Source: Pannonibacter sp. SL95
Lineage (GTDB): Bacteria; Pseudomonadota; Alphaproteobacteria; Rhizobiales; Stappiaceae
Direction of reading: 5' to 3'
DNA: 32,000 nt
Assembly: GCF_026672425.1 (NCBI RefSeq)
Contig: NZ_JAPPRC010000003.1
Coordinates: 1,853,541-1,885,540 of the forward strand
Part shown: positions 8,560 to 17,590 of the stretch, piece after piece
Numbering within the stretch: position 1 is the first letter of the stretch
Layout: the number at the start of each line of letters is the position of its first letter
Translations under genes and position numbers: made by a program
Notes under the pieces: generated by a model
Database searches by the model: none
The model's input: the letters and a program-made list of their open reading frames with translations, nothing else
Told to the model about the DNA's origin: nothing

Positions 8560-8686
8560 GTCATCCCGGCCAAGCGAAGCGGAGATCCGGGACCGGAGCG
8601 TCACTGTTCCTCGACTTTCGGTACAATGAACAGCTCAGACCTCGGCTCTCCGGTCCCGGCTCGGCGCATCGCTTGGCCGGGATGAC
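8560..8686. repeat. repeat family A, copy 2 (opposite orientation to copies 1, 3 and 4)
   Basis: Left arm gtcatcccggccaagcgaagcggagatccgggaccggag and right arm ggctctccggtcccggctcggcgcatcgcttggccgggatgac. The arms are swapped relative to copy 1. Confidence 0.8.
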
Positions 8687-8732
8687 GCAGGTGAGAGCGA
8701 GGCTTGCCTCCCGCCAGTCCGCCAGAGGACGT

Positions 8733-9770
8733 TCAGCCTTCTGCCGGCCAGCGCTCGAAGGCGGCGGGGCCGCCGCAGGAGGGATGCGGCATGAAGCTGC
8801 CGGGGATGGTGATGACACCTGCCGGCGCCTCGAACAGCTCGGGTTGCCGGAGATGGTCGATCACCCGGGCGATGTAGGCATCAAGGTCATAGCCGATGGA
8901 CGAGATCGGATAGGCTTCCGAGCGGGCGAGCGGCAGCGCATCAAAGCCGTAGAAGGCCCAGTCACCCGGCTTGCGGGCGATCTCCGCCCGGCCGGCATCG
9001 ATGACACCCATGGCCATGGCGTCGGCGGTGGCGAAGATCGCGGCTTCCGGTCCATCGCGCAGGACGGCGGCAGAGAGGCTGCGGCCACTTTCATAGGAAT
9101 AATCGCCGGCGTGTTCGGCACTCAGGGTGAGGCCCTGGGCGGCGAAGGCAGCGCGGTAGGCGGCGATGCGCGCCTGTTCCACCGGCGAGGTCTGGCGACC
9201 CGTGACGAGCACGGCCCGGCTCTTGCCACGTGCCCTGGCATGGGCAACGGCTGCGGCAATCGGCGTTGCCTCGTCGGCGACAATCGAGGGGGCCGTGTCA
9301 TCGCGCATGCCGTTGAGCATCACGATCCGGTTGGTGCGGAACATGGTGCGGACGGTTGCGGCATTGGCGAAGTCGGAGAAGACCAGCGCGGCGTCCACAT
9401 GCCAGGCAACGCCATTGCGCAGGAACTCCTCGACCCGGTCGAGCGAGCCAACGCGCAGCAACACAACCTGCTTGCCGGTGTCCTGGATGGCCGCGATGAG
9501 GCGATCAAAGAGGACAAGATCGGAAAAGTCGTGAATGTGATTGACGATGACCGCGACCAGATTAAGCGTGCGCGACTTGAGGCTGCGGGCAATCAGATTC
9601 GGCTTGAAACCGAGCTGTTCGGCCGCAGCCAGTACCTTTGCCTTCTTCTCGGCCGACACGGGGCGGTCTTCCGGTGACAGCGCGCGTGAGGCGATGGCAC
9701 GCGACACCCCGGCAAGCGCGGCGACATCCGCGATGGTGATGTTGGTCGAGGACTTGTCTTTGGAACTCAT
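8733..9770 (-). CDS. LacI family transcriptional regulator
   Basis: N-terminal HTH NITIADVAALAGVSRAIASRALS, followed by a periplasmic-binding-protein-like effector domain. 345 aa. Confidence 0.9.
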   Translation of the reverse strand: MSSKDKSSTNITIADVAALAGVSRAIASRALSPEDRPVSAEKKAKVLAAAEQLGFKPNLIARSLKSRTLNLVAVIVNHIHDFSDLVLFDRLIAAIQDTGKQVVLLRVGSLDRVEEFLRNGVAWHVDAALVFSDFANAATVRTMFRTNRIVMLNGMRDDTAPSIVADEATPIAAAVAHARARGKSRAVLVTGRQTSPVEQARIAAYRAAFAAQGLTLSAEHAGDYSYESGRSLSAAVLRDGPEAAIFATADAMAMGVIDAGRAEIARKPGDWAFYGFDALPLARSEAYPISSIGYDLDAYIARVIDHLRQPELFEAPAGVITIPGSFMPHPSCGGPAAFERWPAEG

Positions 9771-9820
9771 ACGCTTTTTTGACGGGTCCCGGGCGGGGCG
9801 TCAATCACAACCGGAAGAAC

Positions 9821-10793
9821 ATGTCTGTCACAATGAGCAAATCCATGCTGGCCTGTTTTGATATCGGTGCAAGTGCCATCAAGGGCGCACCCTTTCACGC
9901 GCCCTCCGACCGTCCGGTTGCGACGCGGCTGGCGACGCCGCTTGAAGACCTTGACCTGTTCGCGGCAACGCTCGGGCAGGGGATTGCCGACATGGAGCGG
10001 TCGCAAGCCACTGAGGCAGCGGCTGTCGCGATCTCGATTGCCGGGGTGGTTGATGCGCGGACGGGGATCATGACCTGCGCCAACATCCCCGCGATCCATG
10101 GGCGCAATCTTTCGGGCGAACTCTCCGCCCGGCTGGGGCGGCCGGTCTTTATCGCCAATGATGCGGATTGCTTTGCCCTGGCGGAAGCAAGCCAGGGGGC
10201 CGGGCGGGGCCATGACGTGGTGTTCGGCGTGATCCTCGGCTCCGGCGTCGGCGGCGGGCTGGCGATCAACCGGCGCATCGTTTCCGGGCCCGGCGGCTAT
10301 GGCGGCGAATGGGGGCATGGACCGGTGTTTGGCTGCGTGCCGGCATTGCGCGGACGCCTGGAAGCCGCAGGTCTGCCGGTGTTCGACTGCGGCTGCGGCC
10401 AGATCGGCTGCGTTGACACGGTGGGCGGTGCGCGCGGGCTGGAACGCCTCCACCGCTTTGTCGGCGGCGCGGCGCTGGCCAGCCACGAGATCACCGCCGG
10501 ATGGCTGGCTAAGCGAGGCCAAGGCCAGCGAAGCCATTGACCTCTATCTCGATCTTGTGTCCGGACCGCTAGCCATGATGGTCAACACGGTCGGCGCCTC
10601 GGTGCTGCCGGTCGGCGGCGGGCTTTCGGGGTGCCGGCCTCTCGTTGCCGCGCTGGACGAGCGCCTGAGGGCCCGCATCCTGTGGCGCAGCGACGCGCCG
10701 CTGCTGGTGCCGGCCGAACTTTCCCCCGAGCCCGGCCTGATCGGCGCGGCGATGCTCGGCCTGACCCACCTGTCGGAGATGCGTGATGTCTGA
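9821..10793 (+). pseudogene. ROK-family sugar kinase (N-acetylglucosamine-kinase-like), interrupted by a +1 frameshift near 10500-10520
   Basis: Frame A carries CFDIGASAIKGA, ANDADCFALAEA, GSGVGGGLA...GGYGGEWGH and the Zn motif CGCGQIGCVD, then stops at 10540. Frame B continues ROK-like (EAKASEAIDLYLDLVSGPLAMMVNTVGASVLPVGGGLS...PGLIGAAML) to 10793. Removing one nt near 10512 joins them. Confidence 0.7.
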
Positions 10794-11541
10794 TGTGCTG
10801 CCTGAGGTGCTGCTTGAAGTCTGTGTCGACGGTCCGGAAGGCTTGCTGGCGGCCGTGCGGGGCGGGGCAGGGCGCGCCGAACTCTGCGCGGCTCTTGCCA
10901 TCGGCGGACTGACGCCGGCCCCGGGGCTGATGGCGCTGGCCGCCGAGCAGCCGATCCCGGTGTGGCCGCTCCTGCGCGTCCATCCCGGGCCGTTCCGCTA
11001 CACCCCGGCGGATGTGCGGGCGCTGAAGTCCGACATGGACACGGTGGCGGGCTTCGGCCTTGCGGGTGTGGTCATCGGCGCCAATGATGCCTCCGGTCAG
11101 CTGGACCGGCCTGTGCTGGCGGAGCTGGCGGACCATGCCCGTGGGCGCGGCCTCGGGCTGACGCTGCACCGGGCCTTTGATCTGGCGGCGGTGAATGATC
11201 CGGAGGGCGCGGTCGATCTGGCGGTGGAGCTGGGCTTTGACCGGATCCTGACGTCCGGTGCGGCGCGGACGGCCGAGGCGGGGCTTGCCGTTCTGGAGCG
11301 GATTGTCGCCCATGCCGGCAACCGCATTTCCATCCTGCCGGGCTCGGGCATCTCGCGGGCCAATGTGGATGCGATCCTCGACCGGCTGGGCGTGCGCGAG
11401 GTGCATTCCTCCTGCTCGGCCCCCGACCTGACCGGCACCGAGGGCGAGCGGGCGCTCGGGTTCCTGGCCGATGCGCCCAAGCGCACTGATGAGGCGACAG
11501 TGCGGGGGCTGGTGCAGCATCTGGCCGCGCGAGGGCGCTGA
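10786..11541 (+). CDS. cutC: CutC family protein (copper homeostasis protein CutC homologue, TIM barrel)
   Basis: LLEVCVDGPEGLLAAVRGGAGRAELCAAL..GGLTP, LTLHRAFD, RILTSG, ILPGSGI and REVHSS match the CutC family pattern. The start overlaps the end of the ROK gene. Confidence 0.85.
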   Translation: MSDVLPEVLLEVCVDGPEGLLAAVRGGAGRAELCAALAIGGLTPAPGLMALAAEQPIPVWPLLRVHPGPFRYTPADVRALKSDMDTVAGFGLAGVVIGANDASGQLDRPVLAELADHARGRGLGLTLHRAFDLAAVNDPEGAVDLAVELGFDRILTSGAARTAEAGLAVLERIVAHAGNRISILPGSGISRANVDAILDRLGVREVHSSCSAPDLTGTEGERALGFLADAPKRTDEATVRGLVQHLAARGR

Positions 11542-11565
11542 GGCGGCATTACAGGATTGTTCCAG

Positions 11566-11595
11566 TCGTCGCTCCTGCCTTCGCAGGAGCGACGA
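11566..11595. terminator. perfect 13-bp stem-loop between convergent genes (possible bidirectional terminator)
   Basis: Stem tcgtcgctcctgc and gcaggagcgacga around loop cttc. No clear U tract on either strand. Confidence 0.35.
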
Positions 11596-11635
11596 AGGAT
11601 AGGGTTCCACCGTCACTTGGGGCCGGTTGCCGGGA

Positions 11636-12793
11636 TTATTCGCCCGGCGCGCCTTTGGCCGCGTCAGTCTGATCGGCGCCTGCGGTGCGGTTGGTCCGCC
11701 GCTTTTCCAGAAGCGTCAGGATCAGCGGTGCGAAGGCGATCAAAAGGACGATACGGGCGATGTGGTGGCTGGCCACATAGGCGACTTCGGCCTTCATCGC
11801 GAGGGCGATGAGGCTCATTTCGGTGAGGCCGCCGGGCGCATAGGCGAGCACGATCTGCGCCGGTGTCTGCATCATGATGCCGGCGAAGAGGGCGGCAAAG
11901 ACCAGGGTCAGACCGAGGGTCATCACGGTCGCGCCGAAGCTCAGGGCCAGCGCCTGTGCCACCTCGCGGCTGCCGGCGCCGAGGAAGCGGCAGCCCATGA
12001 TGGTGCCCATCAGCACTTGCGCGATGATGATCAGCAGAGCAGGTGGTGCGCTGGCGGTGAGCCCGGTGATATGGACCAGGGCGCTGAGCAGCATCGGCCC
12101 CATCAGCGTGGCAGCTGGCAGTTTCAGACGGGTTGCACCGACCGCGCCGATGACGCCGCAGAGCGTCAGGAGGGCGATGTCCTCCAGTGCGAGCGGATTG
12201 GTCTTCGCCATGATCGTGCCGACCGACTGGCCCTCGACGATGCGGAACCAGAAGGACACGAGGCAGATGGTGACGACGATGCGGGCGGCGTGGGCAAGGA
12301 TGATCTTGCGCTCGTCGCCGCCGAGATCCGCGCCAAGCGTGACCATTTCCATCAGGCCGCCCGGCATGCCGGAACAGAAGGCGGTGACCCGGTCAAAGCC
12401 GCCAAAGCGCTGGTAGAACGGCACGGCGAGCAGGCCGGCGATGGCGAGATAGAGCGCGAGGAAGCCGAGGGAAATGGCCCAGTCGTCGAGGTGGCCGATG
12501 AGGTCGGGTGAAAAGCCCGAACCCAGCATCACGCCGATGACGGTGACAAGCGCCGGGCGCAGGCGCAAGGGCGCGCGGATCGGTGCCTTTGCGACGGCTG
12601 CGACCATCGTGAAGATCATCGAGCCCAGCGTCCAGGGCAGCGGCATGTGCAGAAGATAGAAGATGGCACCGCCGAGGGTTCCGATGGCGATGCCGGCCGC
12701 GATCCGGCCGAGAAGGGCAAGGGTGTCGCCCTTGCCGCTTCGTTCAAGGGGCTCCGCCGATGGGGAGCCGTCAGGGGAGCCAGTTTCAGACAC
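11636..12793 (-). CDS. AbrB-family membrane protein (duplicated 'putative ammonia monooxygenase/AbrB' domain; likely transporter-like)
   Basis: Highly hydrophobic with two similar halves (...[17 protein letters not shown]... and ...[18 protein letters not shown]...). The GTG at 12793 overlaps the stop of the upstream acyltransferase by 8 nt. The start is uncertain. Confidence 0.7.
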   Translation of the reverse strand: MSETGSPDGSPSAEPLERSGKGDTLALLGRIAAGIAIGTLGGAIFYLLHMPLPWTLGSMIFTMVAAVAKAPIRAPLRLRPALVTVIGVMLGSGFSPDLIGHLDDWAISLGFLALYLAIAGLLAVPFYQRFGGFDRVTAFCSGMPGGLMEMVTLGADLGGDERKIILAHAARIVVTICLVSFWFRIVEGQSVGTIMAKTNPLALEDIALLTLCGVIGAVGATRLKLPAATLMGPMLLSALVHITGLTASAPPALLIIIAQVLMGTIMGCRFLGAGSREVAQALALSFGATVMTLGLTLVFAALFAGIMMQTPAQIVLAYAPGGLTEMSLIALAMKAEVAYVASHHIARIVLLIAFAPLILTLLEKRRTNRTAGADQTDAAKGAPGE

Positions 12794-13397
12794 GGTACTT
12801 TTCGATGAATTCGTCGATGGACAGCATGCGGATGTCGGGCAGGACTGCCCTGAGGGCGTCGTGGCTCCAGTCCCACCAGGCGATGGCCTGAAGGGCGTCC
12901 GCCTGGGCTTCAGAGAATCGCCGCTTGATCGGACGGGCCGGAACGCCGCCAACGATGGTATAGGGCTCGACATCCTTCGACACAACCGCGCCGGCACCGA
13001 TGACCGCCCCGTTGCCCACCGTCACACCGGCGAGGATGGTGACACCGTGGCCGATCCAGACATCATGGCCGATGGTGACCCAGTGATCCTTGCGCCACTG
13101 GAAGAATTCGGCGTCATCCTCGCCAAGGCCATACTGGGCGGCGCGGTAGGTGAAATGATGCTGGCTGGCGCGCCAGGTGGCGTGGTTGCCCGGATTGATG
13201 CGTACGCCTTCGGCAATGGAGCAGAACTTGCCGATGGTGGACCAGACGATGTTGCCGCCCTTCACGATGTAGGAATAGTCACCCACGCTGGATTCGCGCA
13301 GCGAGACATGCGCCATGATCTCGGTCCACTTGCCGATTTCACAATCGACGACAGTGGCGGTCTCGTGGATGCTGGGGGCTTCGGAGAGCATTTTCAT
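12786..13397 (-). CDS. hexapeptide-repeat acyltransferase (phosphonate-metabolism-associated transferase family)
   Basis: Left-handed beta-helix repeats ([44 protein letters not shown]). The start shares 1 nt (13397) with the phnE stop codon. This position matches the hexapeptide transferase seen in many phn clusters. Confidence 0.8.
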   Translation of the reverse strand: MKMLSEAPSIHETATVVDCEIGKWTEIMAHVSLRESSVGDYSYIVKGGNIVWSTIGKFCSIAEGVRINPGNHATWRASQHHFTYRAAQYGLGEDDAEFFQWRKDHWVTIGHDVWIGHGVTILAGVTVGNGAVIGAGAVVSKDVEPYTIVGGVPARPIKRRFSEAQADALQAIAWWDWSHDALRAVLPDIRMLSIDEFIEKYRV

Positions 13398-14275
13398 TAT
13401 CGTGTACCGTCGTATTTGCCGATGAAACGGGTGCGGATGTAGGCGGACAAGGCGTCGATGACATAGACCATGGCGATGATCAGGAAGATGATCGACCAGG
13501 CCTCGTCCCAGCGGTAGGCGCCGATGCGGTCGGAGAGCAGGAAGCCGATGCCGCCGGCACCGACGATGCCGAGGATCGTACCCGATCGCACGTTGGATTC
13601 GAAGTTGTACAGCGTGATCGACAGCAGCACCGGCAACACCTGCGGCAGGATGCCGAAGCGGATCGACTGCAGCGGCGAGCCGCCCGAGGCGATCACCCCT
13701 TCCACCGGCTTCTTCGAGGTGTTCTCGATCGCCTCGGCATAGAGCTTGGCGAGGACGCCGATCTCGCCGACCGCGATCGCCAGCACGCCGGCGAGCGGAC
13801 CGAGGCCGAAGGCGCGGATGAAGATCAGGGCGAGGATCAGCGTCTCGAAGGCCCGGATGATGTCGAAGCCACGCCGCACACCGAAGCGCAGGAACGGGAT
13901 GCGGTTGATGTTCTTGGCGCCGAGGAAGGACAGCGGAAAGGCGATGAGCGCGCCGAGCAGCGATCCGAGGAAGGCCATCGACAGGGTCTGGGCGAGGCCG
14001 GTGAGGATCTCGGAGATTTCCTTCCAGGAGGTCCAGATGTGCGGCGGGAACATGAAGGACAGCACCTTGCCGAGGCGCAGGATGCCGTTCCAGAGCCGCT
14101 CGGGAGCGGCGTTGAAGTCATAGAGGCACCAGGCGAACAGGGCGGTGAAGGCGGCCCAGAAGGCCAGCCTTGCCAGGCGCTGGGACAGCGGTGCGCGGAA
14201 GGCATGCGGCAGACGCGCCTTGGCCGCGGCGATGTCGGCGGGGGAGACGGGCTGAGCTTTGACCGAGGGCATCAC
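13397..14275 (-). CDS. phnE: phosphonate ABC transporter permease PhnE (second copy)
   Basis: PhnE-like TM protein (…[29 protein letters not shown]…, [35 protein letters not shown]). 4-nt overlap with the upstream phnE. Confidence 0.9.
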   Translation of the reverse strand: MMPSVKAQPVSPADIAAAKARLPHAFRAPLSQRLARLAFWAAFTALFAWCLYDFNAAPERLWNGILRLGKVLSFMFPPHIWTSWKEISEILTGLAQTLSMAFLGSLLGALIAFPLSFLGAKNINRIPFLRFGVRRGFDIIRAFETLILALIFIRAFGLGPLAGVLAIAVGEIGVLAKLYAEAIENTSKKPVEGVIASGGSPLQSIRFGILPQVLPVLLSITLYNFESNVRSGTILGIVGAGGIGFLLSDRIGAYRWDEAWSIIFLIIAMVYVIDALSAYIRTRFIGKYDGTR

Positions 14276-15183
14276 GCAGTCCTTTCAAGGCCAATGATAT
14301 GATGGCGGATCTTCTCCGACACCCAGTCGATCACGGTGACCGTGACGAGGATGATCAGGAACAGGGCGGAGAGATCGGTGTATTCCTGGTAGGAAAGCGC
14401 GGTGCGGAACTCCTGGCCGAGACCGCCGGCACCGACATAGCCGATGATCGAGGACGAGCGGACGTTGATCTCGAAACGCAGCAACGTGTAGCTGATGATG
14501 TTGGGCATGATCTGCGGCACGATGCCGTAGCGGATCTGGTCGAACCAGCTGCCGCCCGAGGCTTTGACGCCCTCCAGCGGGCGCATGTCGGCATTTTCGT
14601 TCACCTCGGAATAGAGCTTGCCGAGGGAGCCGACCGTGTGCAGCGCGATGGCGAGGACGCCGGCGAGCGGACCTGCACCAAAGCAGAAGACGAAGATCAG
14701 CGCGAAGACCAGTTCCGGAACCGTGCGGGCAATCTCCAGCGCGCGGCGCGAGATCCACAGCGTGACCGGTCCGGGCGTCAGGTTGCGGGCGGCCAGGAAG
14801 GACAGCAGGAAGCCGCCAACGAGGCCGAGCACGGTGGCCATGAAGGCGATCAGGATGGTCTCCAGCAGCAGCCAGAGCCACACTTTCCAGCGCCAGAACC
14901 AGCTTGCGAGATCCGCGCCAAGGCTGTCGAGTGACAGGGCCGGGATGGTCTTCCAGAGATATTCACCCAGGCGCGGCAGGCCCGCGAGCAGCACCCAGCG
15001 CTCGGCGCGGCTGCCGTCGGACAGGGTGATCTGGCTCACCTTGAAGAAATCAGAGAAATTGGCGGTGACTAGGAACAGCACCAGGAAGATCAGCGTCACG
15101 CCGAGGAAGGTCAACCGCGACCGGTTGCGCTGTGCGGCATAGTCCCGCTCGAAGGCGAGCACCGACGGGGGTACCAAAGTCAT
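14272..15183 (-). CDS. phnE: phosphonate ABC transporter permease PhnE (first copy)
   Basis: PhnE-like (…LLETILIAFMATVLGLVGGFLLSFLAARN…, EVNENADMRPLEGVKASGGSWFDQIRYGIVPQIMP). 303 aa. Confidence 0.9.
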   Translation of the reverse strand: MTLVPPSVLAFERDYAAQRNRSRLTFLGVTLIFLVLFLVTANFSDFFKVSQITLSDGSRAERWVLLAGLPRLGEYLWKTIPALSLDSLGADLASWFWRWKVWLWLLLETILIAFMATVLGLVGGFLLSFLAARNLTPGPVTLWISRRALEIARTVPELVFALIFVFCFGAGPLAGVLAIALHTVGSLGKLYSEVNENADMRPLEGVKASGGSWFDQIRYGIVPQIMPNIISYTLLRFEINVRSSSIIGYVGAGGLGQEFRTALSYQEYTDLSALFLIILVTVTVIDWVSEKIRHHIIGLERTA

Positions 15184-15270
15184 GGATGTTTCCGTTGCTG
15201 GCTGTTGCCTGACAGGCTAAGGCGCGGCAGAGCCGGGCACAGGGTGAAGACAAGCCTCGACCGCACCGCA

Positions 15271-15398
15271 GTCATCCCGGCCAAGCGCAGCGCCGAGCCG
15301 GGACCGGAGAGCCGGGGCCTTCCATATTTCACGGAGTTGCCCCGGATAGACCTTGCCTCTCCGGTCCCGGATCTCCGCTTCGCTACGTCCGGGATGAC
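15271..15398. repeat. repeat family A, copy 3 (inside the phnD-phnE intergenic region of the operon)
   Basis: Left arm gtcatcccggccaagcgcagcgccgagccgggaccggagagcc and right arm ...ctctccggtcccggatctccgcttcgctacgtccgggatgac. Confidence 0.8.
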
Positions 15399-15491
15399 GG
15401 AGGAGGGGGTGTCATCAACCTGAGCCCGGCATAGCCGGCCCCAATCTTGTCGACTTGAGCCCGGCAGAGCCGGGCTCGGGGCATAGTGCGA

Positions 15492-16400
15492 TCAGCCGCG
15501 GCGCTGCTTCTTGAACCAGTCGCGCATGTCGATGATCCACTGGTAGCGGTCGTGGTTCACCTCGACATAGCCCTTGGCGGTCGACTTTTCGGCGCCCGAC
15601 ATTTCCTTGAAGGCGACCGGGTCGGCGGTCGGGACGTTCTTGACGGCGTCCTTCATGGCGGTGATCAAGCCTTCCGGCAGGTTGGCGCGGGCGGTGAAGG
15701 GGCCGGAGGTGATTTCCGGGGACTGCCAGATCCAGCAGATCTCGCCCTTCTTGATCATGCCCTTGGCTTCCATGCGCTGCGGAATGCCGTTGATCTCGTT
15801 GTTGATGTAGGTGGCGGCGGCGTCGAACTGGCCGTTGGCGACACCGGCGACACCGGCTTCATGGCTGCCCGAGAAGGGGATCGCGCCGAAGAATTCGGTC
15901 GGCTTGAAGCCCTGCTTGTCGAGGTTGAAGTAGGGAACGTTGTAGCCGGAGGTGCTGTCCGGATCGGCGAAGGCGAGCGTCTTGCCCTTCAGGTCCTCGA
16001 CCTTCTTGTAGGGGCTGTCGCAGCGCACGACGACAACCGAGAAATAGCCGGTGGAGCCGTCTTCCTGCTGCTGGGTGAGCAGCGGCACCATGCCGCCTTC
16101 GGACTCGGTGTAGGCGGCCGCATAGGCGGAGGAGCCGAGGAAGGCGAATTCGATCTGGTTTGCGGCCAGAGCCTGGATGACGCCGTCGTAGTTGCCGGCG
16201 GTGAAGATCTCCACGTCCACGCCGACCGTCTTCTTCAGGTAGTCCTTGAAGGGGGTGTAGCGGGCGATGCGGTCGCTTTCGTTTTCGCCGGACAGGATGC
16301 CGAACTTGACGACCTTGTAGTCCTTCTTCCAGTCCTCGGCATGGGCGGCGGTGGCGCCGAGGCCGAGGGCAAGCATGGTGGCGGCTGCAATGATACGCAT
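15492..16400 (-). CDS. phnD: phosphonate ABC transporter substrate-binding protein PhnD
   Basis: Signal peptide MRIIAAATMLALGLGATAAHA. PhnD-like body (FGILSGEN..., DPDSTSGYNVPYF, SGSHEAGVAGVANGQFDAAA). GGGAGA RBS. Confidence 0.9.
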   Translation of the reverse strand: MRIIAAATMLALGLGATAAHAEDWKKDYKVVKFGILSGENESDRIARYTPFKDYLKKTVGVDVEIFTAGNYDGVIQALAANQIEFAFLGSSAYAAAYTESEGGMVPLLTQQQEDGSTGYFSVVVVRCDSPYKKVEDLKGKTLAFADPDSTSGYNVPYFNLDKQGFKPTEFFGAIPFSGSHEAGVAGVANGQFDAAATYINNEINGIPQRMEAKGMIKKGEICWIWQSPEITSGPFTARANLPEGLITAMKDAVKNVPTADPVAFKEMSGAEKSTAKGYVEVNHDRYQWIIDMRDWFKKQRRG

Positions 16401-16434
16401 GTCAGTCTCCCTTGAGAGGTCAGAGAAGGTGAGA

Positions 16435-17241
16435 TCAGGCCGGCACCGCGAGCTTCAGGCTCGTCGATGTCACGGATTCGGAGAAGTCTTCCAGCTCTTC
16501 ACTGCCGTAGATGCTGCGCATCACGTCACCGGTGAGCAGGCGCGGCGCGCCGTCGAACATCACCCGGCCGGCGCGCATGGCGATGATGCGGTCGCAGTAG
16601 TTGCGGGCGGTGTCGAGGGTGTGCAGGTTGACCAGGATGGTGATGCCATCCTCACGGTTGATGGTGCGCAGGGCGTCCATCACGCGGGTGGCATTGCCCG
16701 GATCGAGGCTGGCGATCGGCTCGTCGGCGAGCAGGATGCGCGGGTTCTGGACCAGGGCACGGGCAATGGCGACGCGCTGCTGCTGGCCGCCTGACAAGGT
16801 GCCGGCGCGCTGCAGTGCCTGCGGAGCGAGATCGAGGCGGTCCAGCGCGTGAATGGCGAGGGTGCGTTCCTCGTCGGAGAACTGCATCGCCATGGAACTG
16901 AGAAAACCATGGGCCGAAAGGCGGCCGACCAGCACATTGGTCAGAACGTCGAGGCGTTCGACCAGATTGAACTGCTGGAAGATCATGGCGCAGTCGCGCC
17001 GCCAGTCGCGCAGGGCCTTGCCCTTCAGCGCACCGACGTTGAGACCGCCGAAATGAATGCTCCCCTCGGTCGGGTCAATCAGCCGGTTGATGAGGCGCAG
17101 CAGCGTGGACTTGCCTGCACCTGAGCGTCCGATCACCCCGACGAACTGGCCCGGGGCGATGGTGAGCGTGACGTTGTCGACGGCGCGGGTGGCGCCGAAG
17201 GAGCGGCCGAGGCCAGAGAGGGAAAGAATGTTCTGTTCCAT
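16435..17241 (-). CDS. phnC: phosphonate ABC transporter ATP-binding protein PhnC
   Basis: Walker [28 protein letters not shown] and LLADEP. First gene of the phnCDEE unit. Confidence 0.9.
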   Translation of the reverse strand: MEQNILSLSGLGRSFGATRAVDNVTLTIAPGQFVGVIGRSGAGKSTLLRLINRLIDPTEGSIHFGGLNVGALKGKALRDWRRDCAMIFQQFNLVERLDVLTNVLVGRLSAHGFLSSMAMQFSDEERTLAIHALDRLDLAPQALQRAGTLSGGQQQRVAIARALVQNPRILLADEPIASLDPGNATRVMDALRTINREDGITILVNLHTLDTARNYCDRIIAMRAGRVMFDGAPRLLTGDVMRSIYGSEELEDFSESVTSTSLKLAVPA

Positions 17242-17308
17242 GACGGGAACAGTGCCCGGGCTCTGTTACAGCGCCGCGTCATCCGAATGAATTTTCGATC
17301 CGGATTTT

Positions 17309-17326
17309 GTGACGCAGCGGTGACGC
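17309..17326 (-). promoter_or_regulatory. Pho-box-like direct repeat upstream of phnC (GCGTCAC-CGCT-GCGTCAC on the minus strand)
   Basis: Two identical 7-mers spaced by 4 nt (11-bp period), 68-85 nt upstream of the phnC ATG. Resembles the PhoB box CTGTCAT-N4-CTGTCA(C/T). A sister motif lies upstream of phnF (25394-25411). Confidence 0.45.
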
Positions 17327-17590
17327 CTTTTTGCCCCGCGGGCCGGAAAGGTCCTCCGGATCGTGGGAGAACCCCTGGGATGCTGACCGTCCAGTGGTCT
17401 CAACTCATAAAAAACAATGGGTTAGAACTTTGAACACATCGGTGGAAAGCAGCCGATGCCATGGAAAGTTCATCGATGGGTCGCGGAACTGTCATGTGCT
17501 TCGCGCAAAGTCATTCGAACCAATTTTGCGCTGGCTGCCCCGTACTCCGACGCGCCCGCCCCATGCCTGCCATGCCGTCAGGAAAAGGCA

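Noticed and set aside
6481-8604. Very long antisense ORFs. These include 6481-8604(-) at 707 aa, 359-1546(-), 1525-2391(-), 18693-20024(+), 19846-20820(+), 20706-21668(+), 21452-22561(+), 22411-23622(+), 25488-26864(-) and 29132-30640(+).
   Set aside because: Each lies opposite a gene with strong family motifs. Their products are Arg/Gly/Ala/Pro-rich with no recognisable domains. This is the usual shadow-ORF artefact of stop-codon-poor high-GC DNA.
17277-17294. Additional Pho-box-like half-sites: plus-strand GCGTCAT-CCGA-ATGAATT (17277-17294) and CTGTCAT...GTCAT near 17488-17513.
   Set aside because: Only one heptamer matches in the first. In the second the two GTCAT cores are 19 nt apart, which is neither 11 nor 22. 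This is not the PhoB architecture.
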